NCBI GenBank assembly: GCA_030390025.1
Contig: CM059436.1
Coordinates: 71,300,001-71,364,000 of the forward strand
Reading direction: 5' to 3'
DNA: 64,000 bases
DNA from: Squalus acanthias
Taxonomy: Eukaryota
Under the pieces are notes generated by a model, which ran no database searches, had not been told where the DNA came from, and saw nothing but the letters and a program-made list of their open reading frames with translations. Position numbers and translations under genes: made by a program. Below are positions 25,330-38,859 of the stretch, piece by piece; positions within the stretch are counted from its first letter, which is position 1, and the number at the start of each line of letters is the position of its first letter.

Positions 25330-25632
25330 AGTAGTAGCTCTCTGATACTTCCCACAGGTGACCATTCTTCATGTGTGAACCTGTACCATGAGTGCTGGCA
25401 CACTATTTAATTATGGGGATGACCAGAGCCAAGCCTGGTGTTGTCTTATTCTGATATCCACATGTGACTCCCCGGCAGGTGTCACTGGACAACGATTAGG
25501 GAGCAGAACACCCTGCTGATCTTCCCTAGTTTGGAGACACTGAGGCAGGTTCGAGGACCCCAAAGGCAAGAGACCTTTCTGCCCTGTGTGGCTCAGCATC
25601 ACACCACATGGTGTATTTACCCACTGGGACAT
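25330..25632 (-). mobile_element. Old tRNA-head SINE (unnamed family; relatives at 17640/19975, 33820-34020, 40580-40734/41146-41240, 58290-58568)
   Basis: Dispersed degenerate similarity among these segments; relatives show GCTAACTCAGC and a minus-strand B box. Confidence 0.55.
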
Positions 25633-25739
25633 GAGTCTGCGATGTATACTTGGGGTTTAAGCCATGCTTTGTGACAAAGTAATCACTTGGGTGGTAACTG
25701 TGTGTTTAGATTTTCTGCCTAGTATACATCTGAACAATA

Positions 25740-26186
25740 GAAAGAAAGACTTGCATTTATATAGCGCCTTTCACAACCTCATGATGCCCCCATGCGCTTT
25801 ACAGCCAATGAAGTACTTTTGGAGTGTAGTCAATTTTGTAATGTAGGAAACGCGGCAGCCAATTTGCGCACGGCAAGATCCCACAAACAGCAATGTGATA
25901 CTGGCCAGATAATCTGTTTTAATGATGTTGATTGAGCTATAAGTATTGGCCAGGACACCAGGGATAATTTTGCTGATCTTCTTCAAAATAGTTCCATGGG
26001 ATCTTTTACGTCCACCTGAGAGAGCAGACAGGGCCTCGGTTTAACATCTCATCCGAAAGACGGCACCTCCAACAGTGCAGCACGGCACTAGAGTGTCAAC
26101 CTTGATTTTTGTGTTCAAGTCTCTGGAGTGGGACCTGAACCTTCTGAGTCAGAGGCAAGAGTGCTACCAACTGAGCCACGGCTGAC
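25740..26186 (-). mobile_element. Near full-length DeuSINE (SacSINE1-like): tRNA head, Deu domain, L2-type tail
   Basis: Minus strand begins GTCAGCCGTGGCTCAGTTGGTAGCACTC (A box); Deu-domain-like GGATGAGA.GTTAAACCGAGG...AAAGATCCCATGG; tail AAAGGCGCTATATAAATGCAAGTCTTTC. Confidence 0.88.
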
Positions 26187-29100
26187 ATTGTTGGAATGTG
26201 GCTGTTGTATGTGTGCTGTCACGGAGGAGTTAAGCAAAGTGCGGCTTTGAGGCACTCTGTATTAGCTGATAATTTCAAACTTGTTGAATTTGCACGCTTG
26301 ACTGAGAGAGTGAGATAAGATTGCTTAAGCATCAAAAAAATACTTGATCAAAAGTCCCCAACAAAGGGAGTATAGCAATCCAGGCTTCATGATGTTACTT
26401 AATTAGTTTGGAAATTATGATTTTTGTGCCTTATCTTTAATGGGTGCACAAAAGTTTGAGACCTAAAAACTCAAAAGTCGCTGTCAGCCCCAGAGAAATG
26501 TTTTAGCATTGACTTTGACGTGCCTCCAACTATTGATGTGAATGAGGCTGTGAGTGTTAATGTACACAGGCTATGATGTTTTCCGCCACTGCTGCTAAAA
26601 TCTCTCCTCCTTCCAAACATTGCTGACACAGCGATCGACAGATTCGCAGATACAGAGGGCTGTATTTGCAACCTCACGTTATAGATATGCTGCTCATTGT
26701 AAATATACCAAACCTGTTAGGCTTGTTATTTTCAGTGCAGTAGAGAAACCATTGGTTTTTAATCTGCAATGTTTTAGCAAGTTTAATCCTCTGCTGATTG
26801 ATTTATTTCATACTGTGGAAACTGTTTCAGTTTTGGATTTGCTAAATCCGAGCAGAAGGACCTGTATAGCCTGCCATTGTTCTTTCAGTTTGCTGTAATT
26901 ACCCATCTGGAGGACAGGACAAGACACACATACACACTGAGGGAAAAATTTAAAATAGCAACTGCTATTGACTAGTGACATACTAAAGCCTGCCAATTCC
27001 AAAAATGGGTTTTAAGTGTCCCATTCACAAAGCTCAGCGTTTGAAAGAACAGGCCCAATCAACCACCGCTACCTTAACCGGACAAACTTAGTACTCATTT
27101 GTTAACTGAATGTTTTAGTTCTACTGCTTTGGTTTGTTAATGGATTGACTGAGATTGCAGTTTTCCTATATTGGGTAATACATTGCAGTATCTTGTTAGA
27201 CTACATGGTAAGTGTGAACTTGTGTGTGACTCTTGGTCCTGTCGGCAGCATCGTTTACTAGATGTGAAGGAGAAACGGAAAGGCTCAGGAATTCAAAACT
27301 ACGGCAAAAATGACTTCTAGTGTATCATTAATGAAACCGTTCTTAAATTGTAGGCATAGTTAGTAAATGCTTCTCGGAAATAAAAGAAACACGTTATTGT
27401 GGAATAATATGGGCAGGTTTGCTGGAAGGAAAACTAAACCTTCAGACAGTTTTTTTCCATCATTATTGCAGTTTACACCAGGCAAAACCTGTTACACAGG
27501 CTTTTTTTGTAATGCTCTCAATGTAAGTGAAAGCAAATAAGCAGGTAGCTGGAAATTATAACCCTGCCACAAGTTCTGACTGGCGGAGTTCTCCTTTGAG
27601 TTACCCTGTAGCGACTAAAGTAAGACCCGTGTGCCTCTTGCAGGTGCAAATTTGTGTCAATAACCACCTCTTTATCTTAATAACAACTCCAAACGTGTGA
27701 AACCTATTGCACTAGTCAGAAAGTAAATGTTAGAAATATGAGCTCATTCTGTTTTACGTACTTAGTGTTTATAACAGCAGGATTGCCGTGAGGTTTCTTT
27801 TGGTCAGAAATCATTTTCTGAGTAGTCTTCTCTCCCTTTGTTTCCCCCCCCCCCCCCCCCCACACTGTTTGCTGTTTACATGTTGAATTTATTGAGAAAT
27901 AAATAGTAAAGGAAAAGCACTGCCCGAATTCCCACTCGGAGCATGTTTTTGCACACAGCTCCCCAGTGGAATGGCAATTTGTGAAATTATGTGTTCGAGT
28001 AATTAGACGAAGCCAGGGCTTTCTGATTACTGCCATGCGTACACATTGAAGACATCTTAAATGCTGCAGCAATATGCTAACAGGCTGCAAAAAAGTGTCC
28101 TGGTTTATTTGTAAATAAGACTATAGGATAACCACAGATGAAAGTACTCAAAACACTACTTCATGAATTAGTCACAGTAAAGCCTTTGAGATCTGTAACA
28201 TGCACATGTAAAATCTGAGCTGGAAAAAGCTGCATGCCTCTTATAATATAATTAGGATCTAATTTACCACCCTTTGCACACAGATGTAATAACGTCTAGA
28301 TATTTATTTTCTCCTGAAACACATTACATGTACCTCTGTGAAGCAGTTATTGAACAGAAACAGGTGTGGAGACATCTCTAATTCATTTCTTCACTGTAAA
28401 CACAGAGCAGTTTAAAAGAAATATTTACCAAAAAGACATTGCACAAAAAAATGAGAATGCCAGTAAATGACATGTTAATGGACAGTTGCCCTTTACTTAC
28501 TGATGGATTTTGTGATGGTTAAGTAAATTAAAGCAAATGTAAGAAAAATCAATAGCCGTGCAGAGGCCTGGTTGAGGCTCATAGAGTATAGACAGAATGA
28601 CAGATGTTCTGCATATGACCTAGCGAAGAATTAATGCTTGTAGTACTAGGCACACATTGAACTGTTTTTTTCTTCACAGAATTTTTTTTTACTTAAACAC
28701 TGCTGACCCATTGTAATTATCAAAAGGCTCTTCTTATAGCACTGAATTCTGATTGTTTATATATGAAAACAAAAGACATATTTTTATATATAACAATTTA
28801 GACAAATTTATATATCTATAAAAAATTGTTTAAATCATTTTACTGATTTATTTACTCTTTTTATGAGTGATTTAAAAATTCTGTCTACCCAACCACGTTG
28901 AAATTTGAGGAATTCCGTTGGAGAAGGATCTGCTCGGCCTGAGTACTTCATTTTGAAATTCAAATGTTGCGACAGTCCTGTTCTTTCACTCGGATATTAG
29001 TGCTTGTGCAGCAATGCTCCTGTGAAGCTTGAGATGTGTCTCCCATCATCTGACTGGTTGGAAATTCACAGAGTGATTTATAATGATAGTCCATACCAAT

Positions 29101-29324
29101 ATCTAGCTTGATGCCCTCCATCTACAAGACGTAACCCTTGACCCATTAGCGCCTGACCAACCTTGTTCCTTTTGATATCATTTTAGCCCTGTTCACTCCC
29201 ACAAGTTAGCCTCCCTCCCTCCTCTCAGGTTGTTGGTGCCCCCAATCTCACTGCTTGACCAACCTTGAGAAGCTTGAGACAGTTTTCCTCAAGGCAATGC
29301 AACTGAAACTGGCATAGTCTCTAA

Positions 29325-29838
29325 TCTCACTAGGAAGGATATACTGGCCTTGGAGGGAGTGCAGCTTACATTTACCAGAATGATACCTGAACTCCAAGGA
29401 TTAAATTACAAGGAGAGATTACACAAACGAGGGTTGTATTCCCTGGAATTTAGATGGTTAAGTGGTGATTTGATCGAAGTTTTCAAGATATTAAGGGGAG
29501 CTGATAGGGTAGATAGAGAGAAACTAATTCCACTGGTTGGGGATTCTAGGACTAGGGGACATAGCCTAAAAATTAGAGCCAGACCTGTCAGGAGTGAAGT
29601 TAGGAAACACTTCTACACGCAAAGGGTGGTAGAAGTTTAGAACTCTCTTCTGCAATGGCAATTGATGCTTGGTCAGTTCTTAATTTTAACTCTGAGATTG
29701 ATGGATTTTTGTTAATCAAAGCTATTAAGGGATATGGGCCAAAGGCGGGTATATTGAGTTAGGTCACAGATCAGCCATGATCTCCTTGAATGGCAGAACA
29801 GGCTCGAGGGGCTAAATGGTCCACTCATGTTCCTATGT
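29325..29838 (+). mobile_element. CR1 LINE 3' fragment
   Basis: ORF 29350-29640 GLYSLEFRWLSGDLIEVFKI...RTRGHSLKIR; tail GGCTCGAGGGGCTAAATGG. Confidence 0.92.
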
Positions 29839-29881
29839 CTCCCTCTGGGAAACTCCGAGTGTAAACGTCAGCTGTGACTTA

Positions 29882-30718
29882 GGGGGTGATTTTATCAATG
29901 GGGACGTGACGGAGGCGGGACTGTTGCTTGTCGGGTTTTAGTCCCATCTCCATCGACGTCCGGCCAACCCACGCTTTTTTCCCTTGATTGACCTTGTTAA
30001 GCCCGCACAGTGGGCTTAGCAGGCCAATTAGGGGAAAGCCGGTGACAGAGAACGTCAATGTATGACGTTTCATCTGTCAAAAAATGTTGACAGATGAATT
30101 GTCATCGTTTGGCAGCTTTGAGAAGCTTTGAGAAGCTGTCAAACACTGACAATCTCTGTTCTTTGGTGAGTCCTTGTACTCAAGACTCACCAAACCTCTT
30201 TCCTGAGCAGAAATCAGATGGCTGTTGCATCGGAGAATGCAGCGGCCATTCTGTCATCTCTGCCGGTGAGATGAGGCAGCTCTGCAGCCTAAAGGGATGA
30301 AGCCTGGAGGAAGAAGCAAAGGTAAGTAATCTTATTAAAACACATTAGACTCACCTCACACACTTACCTCTCCACACCTGCACACCGGACTTTTCGGCCC
30401 CTCCGATCCCCGCAGACCCACGGCTCGCCTCGCTGACCCTGGCGAGGTTCAGAGCCGTCGGGAAGCCCACACTTTAGGGCTCAAAATAGGGATTAGCCAA
30501 AAAACTGCCTGTTAACTACCTGTTAACAGGCAGTTAATTGGCACTAATCCCTTCCCGCCTCGAGGAGACGGGACCCGGCACGGGTCAGGTACCCGCCTCC
30601 TAGGAAGATGGCACGGAGGTGGGTTGGGGGCGGGATGGGTACCCGCTCCCAGATTCTGCCATTTTCCCGGCAGTCCCGCCTCCATACCCGCCTCCCCAGG
30701 GCTGGGAAAATCGCCCCC
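29882..30718. mobile_element. TIR-bounded non-autonomous DNA transposon (probably PIF/Harbinger-derived)
   Basis: TA-GGGGGTGATTTT ... AAAATCGCCCCC-TA; subterminal TTGATTG.CCTTGTTAAGCC...GGGCTTA...GGCCAATTA shared with 60494-61798. Confidence 0.75.
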
Positions 30719-31399
30719 TAGGAATCCAACAAGTTCAGAGTCTGGCACTCTTGCATTATAGCAACTGGATTGTCTTGACGAACATTTGGCTTAATATTTC
30801 CGACTCCCTGAGAGAAGAGCTGGTTGGAGCCATTACTGAGCATTCTCCAGCACTAGGGAGGAGGTTGTTGTGGCCATTTCAAGCACTAATTTGCTAATTA
30901 CTGTAATTTATTATGTATTATGACATAAGGTGTGAAGCAAATAATAAAAGCTTCTTTCAAAATACTCATTTTGCATGGTAAATTGATACCATGGAGACAG
31001 CCTTCAGCGAATACTCAGAGGGGTAGATTGTAATTTAACAGGTTGTTAGAAAATTCATATAAATTATTATTTCATTAATCTTGTATTACAAATTAAGGTA
31101 CTTTAGAATTTACAAATAAAAGGTTTTAGATAACAGGCTAAATGGATTATCTGTTAGAATATATTAGTTAAACTGTGAGAATTTCCAGGTTTCCATTTAC
31201 TTTAGATATTTTGGTGAATTCAGGAAGTACAGCCTGATATTTGGAGTTTCCCATTTAAGAGCCTTTAGTTATAGTTAACAAGCCTCAATTTAGCTGCCAA
31301 GTTTAGCTGCCAAGTGCATGTTTCAGCTCATTCCTAAAGCAATTCTTATTCAGCCCCTGTTGTCTTCTTGACTTGCAGTAAGTAGCCTGTGACATGTCA

Positions 31400-32150
31400 G
31401 AGCAGAAGAACATTTAAGAGCAGGAAAAGGCCCTTAAGCTTAACAGACCCATTCTTTTGTGATAGATCTCAACCCCACCTCCCCACCTTCTCACAAATCC
31501 CTCATTCCTTCTCTCAAAACAAATTAATTCAATTGCTATTAGTCCCCATTTATACTATCTCCTTCAATGGATTCCATCTGCTACAAAGCTCCTTCCTGGT
31601 AATATTTTCCACAGCTCCTTGCTTAAAAAAAGGAACCTCTTTATCCTAACTTACAAACTTTTAAGTACTCTCATATTTCAACTTTTCGCCACAGTGAACA
31701 ACTTGCCTGGATCAGCCTTGTCACCTCCCTTCATTAGATTCTTGAAAGCTTCAATTAAGTCACCTTGAAGACTTTTACTTTTCCCAAGGAAATCAAGTCC
31801 AAATTCCTTCACCTTTCCTCATAATTTAAATGGCTGATACTCAGAATGACCTGCCCCTTACCCTCTAAAGGACAATAATATCTCCCCATGATTAGGTGAC
31901 TGGGAGAAGATTTCCTCTCAACTTTAAACCTCCATTTGCTATTTCACTACAAATAGCGAACAAAGGACATCTTCCCTCTGGAACTGTGCACTTGATCCCA
32001 GATGAGGTCTGGCTAATGCCTTAAACAGCAACACTATCATCCATTTTGTGCTCGAGCCTCCTGCTAATACAACTCAGTATCTTAGTTGCCCTTTCAGCTG
32101 CAACCAAGCAGTGAGCTGAGAGTTTCATAGCTTTATCCACAGTAACCCAG
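31400..32150 (-). mobile_element. Old, highly decayed CR1-clade LINE fragment
   Basis: Minus-strand KLSAHCLVAAERATKILSCISRRLEHK and GDLIEAFK-like remnant near 31745-31765. Confidence 0.6.
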
Positions 32151-32179
32151 GTATGAATAAGCACCAACATACTTTTTCC

Positions 32180-32288
32180 ATAGATTTTTACAGCACAGAA
32201 ACAGGCCACTCAGCCCAACAGCTCTATGCCGGTGTTTATGCTGCTCACGAGCCTCCTCCCACCTTACTTCATCTCACCCCATCAACAC
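32180..32288 (-). mobile_element. Short CR1 3'-tail fragment
   Basis: Same tail as 7075-7200. Confidence 0.75.
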
Positions 32289-33149
32289 ATCATACAACAT
32301 ATTTTGAACCTGGAATCCAGGCAAAATTGTTAACTTTGAGGGTGCAATCTTTATTCGTAGTTCCGAACTCTTCCCTCTCCCCAAAATAAGTGCATTCTTG
32401 TTATTGGTCACCAAAGGAATTGATTTGATTTCTACGGTTAACTACACCAAACAATTTTAGTTACGATCCACCGCGCACAGCGACATAAAGTGCGCTCAGA
32501 GTGCTGGTAGGTGTCAGTGTTGCAGAAGTTAAATCTAATGTCAGCAGAACATCGAGCAATCATCCTCTCAATTGCACCCAATCAGCTCAACATTAAGCAC
32601 AAAAAGGCCAAAGCAGTTTATTCTTTAATACTGAGGACAGTTCACGGAGCAAATTTCCATTTTCAGTGCTCCCAGTGCAGAGTGATGTGTGGTGGAGTGC
32701 GTGTGGAGAATTCCGGCATGCACCTGCTACCATTTTCTACCCATTAAAATTAATGAATGGAAAATCATAGGAGGAGCAGGCGTCAATTCCCGACATGCTC
32801 TCCTGACACTTGAAGCTCGGTGCCAAGAGTTCCGATGCTGAAAATTTAGCCCGGCGCATTTTAATAGTTAATGTGCAGCAATTAGCAAATTGGCTTGTGA
32901 AAGGTTGTGTGAGAAATCATAATATATTTTAAAATAATCCAGTTAACAGCTCTTATGAGATTAACTATAACGACACCCTGCTAAACCTAGTGAAATATTT
33001 ATTCCCCCTCCCTCTCCATCCCGTTTTTTAAAAGTTTATTTTGCGGCCAAACGACTTTCTCCCATTTGTATATTTCATTTTCTTTGAACACTTTTGCCAA
33101 TTAGTTATAAAATCATTGGAGTTGGCGGGAAATGGGCTGTTTGATTGAG

Positions 33150-33808
33150 AGTCAAGAATCGTCCAATGGGGTAACGAAGAGTCTGCTCGCTTCCCAATTG
33201 GCCGTGCGTCACGATGGACGTGTCGGGCGACCAATAGCGGAAGAGCATGGGGGTGGGACGGTTGGAGGCGGGAGGTCATTGTGAGGAAACCTCCAGGAAT
33301 ACATCCAACTAGAGTTGGCAACCCTACCCCATCCCTGCTGGGATGGCCAACAGCAATCCCCTTCATCGCCCATTGCATGTAAATGCTGGTGAGAAGGTGG
33401 AGCCTAGCTAGCCACCCCATTTTTCCGCTTACCGTTGCTGTCTCCGCCGTCCCCAGGGACCACCAAGAGAAAGGTTGTCGTTGTGTCTGGGGTAGTGGTG
33501 ATGTCCTCAAATTACTGGAGGGGCAATGGTGAGCTCCGGTCCCTCCAAATAAGCGGCAAACACCTACCTTCTCAGGCCTTGGACTAGGCCGAGGCATAAA
33601 AAAAATTCCGCTCCTCCTCTTTGGGGCTCTATCACCCCTCCTCCCTAAATACCTTTGCTGCTGCACCGTGACAATCCTCCACCCTTGCAGCACTGAGCTG
33701 CCTCCTGGTGGTGGGGATCCTGCCCTGCACACCTAATGAGTTGAGTTTGCAGGTGCTGGATGTCCCACCCTGCTGCTCACCCACCTACAACAGGAAAATC
33801 CAGGCCTG
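33150..33808. mobile_element. Decayed GC-rich TIR-type element
   Basis: GC step; right end GAAAATCCAGGCC resembles ends of other elements; left end not resolved. Confidence 0.4.
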
Positions 33809-34027
33809 AGTGTCAGCGGAACCCTTTGCCAGTGTGGCATTAGCAGCCAAACCGAATTCTGCCCTCGCACAGCATCCGCACGCTGACCTCAAGCAGAGGT
33901 TGCTGGATAACGATAAGAAATAGGAAGACCGCTTGCTTTTTATGCCCCAGCCCTTAGTGGGGCACTGAGGGTAGTTGTAGCCACTTCTACTACCACGTCA
34001 AACTCGGAATTGAATCTGAAGTCCATG

Positions 34028-34617
34028 AGGGTGGATTTTAACACCTCCACCGGGGCAGTTAGAATGGAACGGGGACTTCTCCACTCCATCCCCAGCCCGA
34101 TCTGGCCAACTGAAATTTTAATTTGCAGGCGAGAAGGACACCCTCCAGAAATGAAATGGGTCCTTCTTTAAATGTGCAGATCAGGTTCCAGTGACATCAT
34201 TGGGGGCCCGACTGGTATTTGTAGCTGAGGCCTGAGCCGGGGGAACAGTGGTGGCTTCACTGCCTGGCCAGAGCTGTCGAGAGTTGCATCATGACCCAGA
34301 AGAGGTCCAGTAAAGTGCTCCTCCGGGCATGACAAAGGAACCTCGGGGCCTCCCCGCTGTCCCCCGTTCTCTCCCCCACCCCCACCGCTGAGCCCCTCTG
34401 ATCCACTTAAGTTGTGACGGGGACTGTTCCTGCACACGCAGGGCTTCCCCGGCACCCGCTTCCCACCTATTCCCCAGCCGCCTTGGTTGAGAAAGTGGGC
34501 AAGCGGCATGCTAATGAGGCCTAGCCACTAAAGTCAGCCAAGCCTCCCTGCTACCATTCCCGGGTGGGCTGGCCACTCACTAGGCTGTGTTCCCGCCCGG
34601 GAGTAAAACTCGGCCTC
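34028..34617. mobile_element. Decayed GC-rich TIR-type element
   Basis: GAGGGTGGATTTTAAC ... GAGTAAAACTCGGCCTC imperfect inverted ends enclosing a GC-rich interior. Confidence 0.55.
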
Positions 34618-35651
34618 TTGGAGATTGTATTGTTCAGCTATAGCCAGACTAAACCATCAGGGAAGCAGGGTAGCTGTAAGATTCTACGTCCTAAGTTGTC
34701 TGCCTGACAGTACAGCAAATGGATTTTATCAAGAATGTCACGCTTGTACGTGGTAGTAGAATGCCATTCTTTTGATTATATAACAGTGAATGAAAAGGGG
34801 TGAATGATAAAATGCCTTCATCATTAAATGTATGCCAATGTTCATCTGTACACGAAACAAATCAAAATTCAAGTTAAACAAATTCAGTTTTGAATCATAT
34901 TGCCTATCTCATTACTTCACAAGTTTCATTTTATGTGAAAAACTATGATTGGCAGGTTTTTAGCACAGGCACCAATAAAACTATATCTATAATGTAATAT
35001 TTCTGGCAAAATCTTTCAGAAGACTCTGTATAGCCAGGAATTTTAATGAGAATTGTAGGGTTATTTTTCAACTTCAAGCCTTAACATACTGCAGGTAAAA
35101 GTAAAGTTCATGAGGCTGTACTAAAACTGAGCTGTTCGAATCTCCTGTTGAATGTTTTATTGTAGTGGGAATGTCTTATTCTAACAGTCCACACAGAACT
35201 GCACATGTGTAGTCATCGGATGACTCTGACCATTGAATCCCATGATGAAAGTTCTTTAACTCCCATTAATCCATAGACAGAATTCACATGACTTTAGTGG
35301 CAATTTGCCACTGCAGGAACTGTCTCCATAAATCAACTTTGTGATTCATGCCTCGTATTTGTTTCATTTTTTTCTTTTTTTTTCTTTTTACAAGCTGCGT
35401 TATCCTTTGGTTTGAGAGTGTAGAGGTTATGCTGTTTTAGAACCACGTCATTCAAGTTGACCCGAGCCTAAGATTTGGTCAACAAGTTAATCCGAGTGAT
35501 AGTGAATGCTGCACCGTGATATGGTGCTTCAGGATATGAGCTGTGTTCACTTTAACAGTCACCAACATAATATGAAAATCAGATATTAAATAGGCTAGGC
35601 AAACATTTACAATATTATCATGAAAGACACATTTCCATACTGTCGTGAACC

Positions 35652-36065
35652 TATATAGAGGCCTATATTTCCTAGAGTTTAGAAGAATGAGAGGTGATCT
35701 CATTGAAACATATAAAATTCTTAAGGGGCTTGACAAGGTAGATGTGGGGGGATGTTTCCCCTGGCTGAGGAGTCTAGAACTAGGGGTCACCGTCTCAGAA
35801 TAAGGGGTCGGCCATTTAGGACTGAGATGAGGAGAAATTTCTTCACTCAGAGGGTTGTGAATCTTTGGAATTCTCTACCCCAGAGGGCTGTGGATGCTTA
35901 GTCGTTGAGTATATTCAAGACTGAGATCGATAGATTTATGGACACCAAGGGAATCAAGGGATATGGGGATAGGGCAGGAAAGCGGAGTTGAGGTAGAAGA
36001 TCAGCCATGATCTTATTGAATGGCGGAGCAGGCCTACCCCTGCTCCTATTTCTTATGTTCTTATA
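35652..36065 (+). mobile_element. CR1 LINE 3' fragment (relatively young)
   Basis: LEFRRMRGDLIETYKILKGLD..., RVVNLWNSLPQRAV; tail ATTTCTTATGTTCTTAT. Confidence 0.92.
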
Positions 36066-36299
36066 AGGTAGCAACTTTTTTGAAAGGCTTATCTCATTTT
36101 TATTCTTTATAAATATAGTTGGATTGATTTATAGGCAAGTATTTTATTCAGGTTACCTAGAGGAGCAGTGACCAAGGATTGTACTGTCCAGGTAGATCTT
36201 TTGTGTACTAGATCTAAATCTTTAGTCAGGGTGCCAATAGCAGTTCTTCAAAACCAATGCTATTGAAGAAGAACAGGTCACTTCAGTTGCGCTCATTGA

Positions 36300-37200
36300 G
36301 AAGTTATTTGCCGAATCACGATGGATTTAAAAAAGAAAAATGCATACAGGGAGGTTGTCAGGCCTGAGCTCTGTAACAGGGAGCAGGGCGATGACAGTTC
36401 ACATCCATTTCCATTGCTATGGTGACAATGCACCGTGATGAAAGTTATCATTAAGGGACAGACAGCATGCATGGTTTTTTACTGTAGCTGGAAGCCTCCT
36501 TGTGTTGCTATGTATTAGCGACGATGGCCGTTGTACTAGGAAAGGACCAGATATTTATTGACAATAACACGAGAGCGTGAAACTTGTCATTCCTGGTTTA
36601 TTTGCTCCCAGCATAGATGCCTGAGTTTGTAGCTCTATCCATCAATGGGTGAAAGTTGCATTTTTGAAACATTCTTTTAATTGGCTCCTCGCGTTGACCA
36701 TTATCCCAAAAGTGTCTTGCGTGATATGTAGGATGGGAAGCGTTCCAGCATAAATGTTCTTGTCTTTGTGGTCACTTTTGCTAACTTATGTCACGGGTGT
36801 TTACAAAGCTGTTAATTTAAAATAACACTGCTGTATTAAAATTGTGATATGACCGTTTTGTGAGCAGAAGATCCCGCGTTGCCATGGTAGCTTGCCAACA
36901 GATGCTACTTTTCTTGAAACAGGCGGGGAAGTTGTTGGTTTGACTTTGTTGCCTCTTGAACTAGATCATTTGTCAAACTGTCCAGGCCATTGAGAGTCAA
37001 AGGTCACTCAGACTCCTGAAGTCATTAGTCATTGGTTGTTTATTGCTCGAGCCCCGGGATGTCAGTGCACTGGTCACCCATAGCAACCTGGGCAAGGCAT
37101 GCTGTCACTGACTTGGCAGGGAGCCAGTATCTTATACTTCCAGTTCATCTTCATAATATGAGCCTGCTCCTGGACGTTTGTTTTGATGATTTGCTTAGCC
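36300..37200. promoter_or_regulatory. Candidate intronic enhancer / conserved non-coding element with RFX X-box and TALE motifs
   Basis: No recognisable repeats; X-box-like ATTGCTATGGTGAC (36413), GTTGCCATGGTAGC (36878), GTCACCCATAGCAAC (37073); TGACAG/CTGTCA at 36392 and 37102. Function is inferred only. Confidence 0.5.
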
Positions 37201-38859
37201 TAAATTTTACTGGGCAGAAAACAATTGATTGCAAACTCTAATGTAATCCAGTTTAAATTTTGAAGACAATGTTTTGGAATATAAATGAATGGGCGTTGTT
37301 TTGGAAATGCATACTTAGTGTTGTTGGTGATGAATTCTAAAATCAAAATGCATTACACAGCAAAGAAAATAAGAAATGTTATACAGTTTTGCCAACAGGT
37401 TTTAACTGAATTTAACATTTATTTGTTAGAAGTTATATCTTTATCAGTAAGTTCTTTTGCCACAGAATGTTACTGAATAAGGGCTTTCAGTAGTTCAAAT
37501 TAGTATAGTCACTAAACCTCATTAGTTCGCTGGTTTAAGATTTACCAACATTCTAAATGCACAGTGATAATACGTCCCCTTTCAAAAAATGAAAGAGCAG
37601 TTGGAATTAATGAGTTTATACTTACAGGAGTCACCAGTAAAAGGCACAGCTGAGTCAATTCATGCAGTTTAGCTCCCCATCGAGCCCTGGTGCATCCCAA
37701 TCCCACACCTTGCAGTGAAAACATCATCAATTACAAGACTGACAGGCCCCTGGGACATTGTATAAGGAGCTCCTTGGGGGTATTCACCGTGGACCAAAAA
37801 CCGCTGGCACTCAGCAACATTCATCACTTCCACCCTCATAAGCTGATTGAATAAACTGCAGGGCCAAATTATCAAAGGTTGATTTAGAAAATGAATTGAC
37901 AGCAAATGATTTGATCAAGGGAAACTGGCCCAGGTGTTTCTAGTCAGTTTTAACTAAGTATATCCAGTACGAATGGCAACTGCATACCGTGTACATTTTA
38001 GGCACCAACACAAAATTCCCCATTTGTATTTATTCAGTTAGTTCTTCAAGTAATAATTAGAAGCCTTTGGCAATAAAAACAAATTCAGCGAAGAGAAAAG
38101 TTTGTTTAAAATTAAAATAGATTTTTTAAAAATATTTCATATGTTGCCAACTATTTTAGGATATAATGTTGAGGTATTAAGATGCTAACGTTTATACATA
38201 CTAGAAATTATCCCATCAAATACATGGAATTCATTTTCTTGTACATTAGCTGTTCAGTCTTTGTAATTAATATTCTGAACCATAATTATTGGCTTATTTC
38301 CAAAAACATAACTTAGATTTTCCAAACTGAGGATTTGGCTTATCTCTCCTGACCGATTGTCTTAAGCACAGAATTTGAGTATCATGGCTGTTACGGTGTA
38401 CAAATAAACAAGAGATTGTAAGAAAAAGGCTTATCTATAAGCTGGCACTGGTTATCATATTGTTGTCCCTTTTTCATTAGCAGCTTCATGTGGAGAGTTA
38501 GCAGCCACTGATAACCTTTACATATTGGTTCAATCAGACATTACTGGACTGACAGCAACAGGCATCATTGCCTGATCTAGGGGAAAAGCAACAGTGGGCT
38601 TTAATAGGGAGGCAAAGATACTTGTGAATTCAAATAAAATCCGTTGCCCTGTGAGGAGAAAGCCCAGATGTGGCATGTGCAAAGTGACTTCATTATTAAT
38701 AGCAAAAGATGTTATGCAAAAAAGGCGATGACAGGAGAATGTGGTACGGTTTTGTGCATTAGGATGATGACAATCTGCCCCCTTGATCAGACACAGCACT
38801 GTCTTCATAGCAGGAGAATGGCGGCTTCTAGCTATTTGACTTTAGTGGGAAATATCTGT

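Noticed and set aside
33028-33732. Longest ORF in the track (234 aa, minus strand)
   Set aside because: No recognisable domain; lies in a GC-rich decayed element where stop codons are rare by composition.
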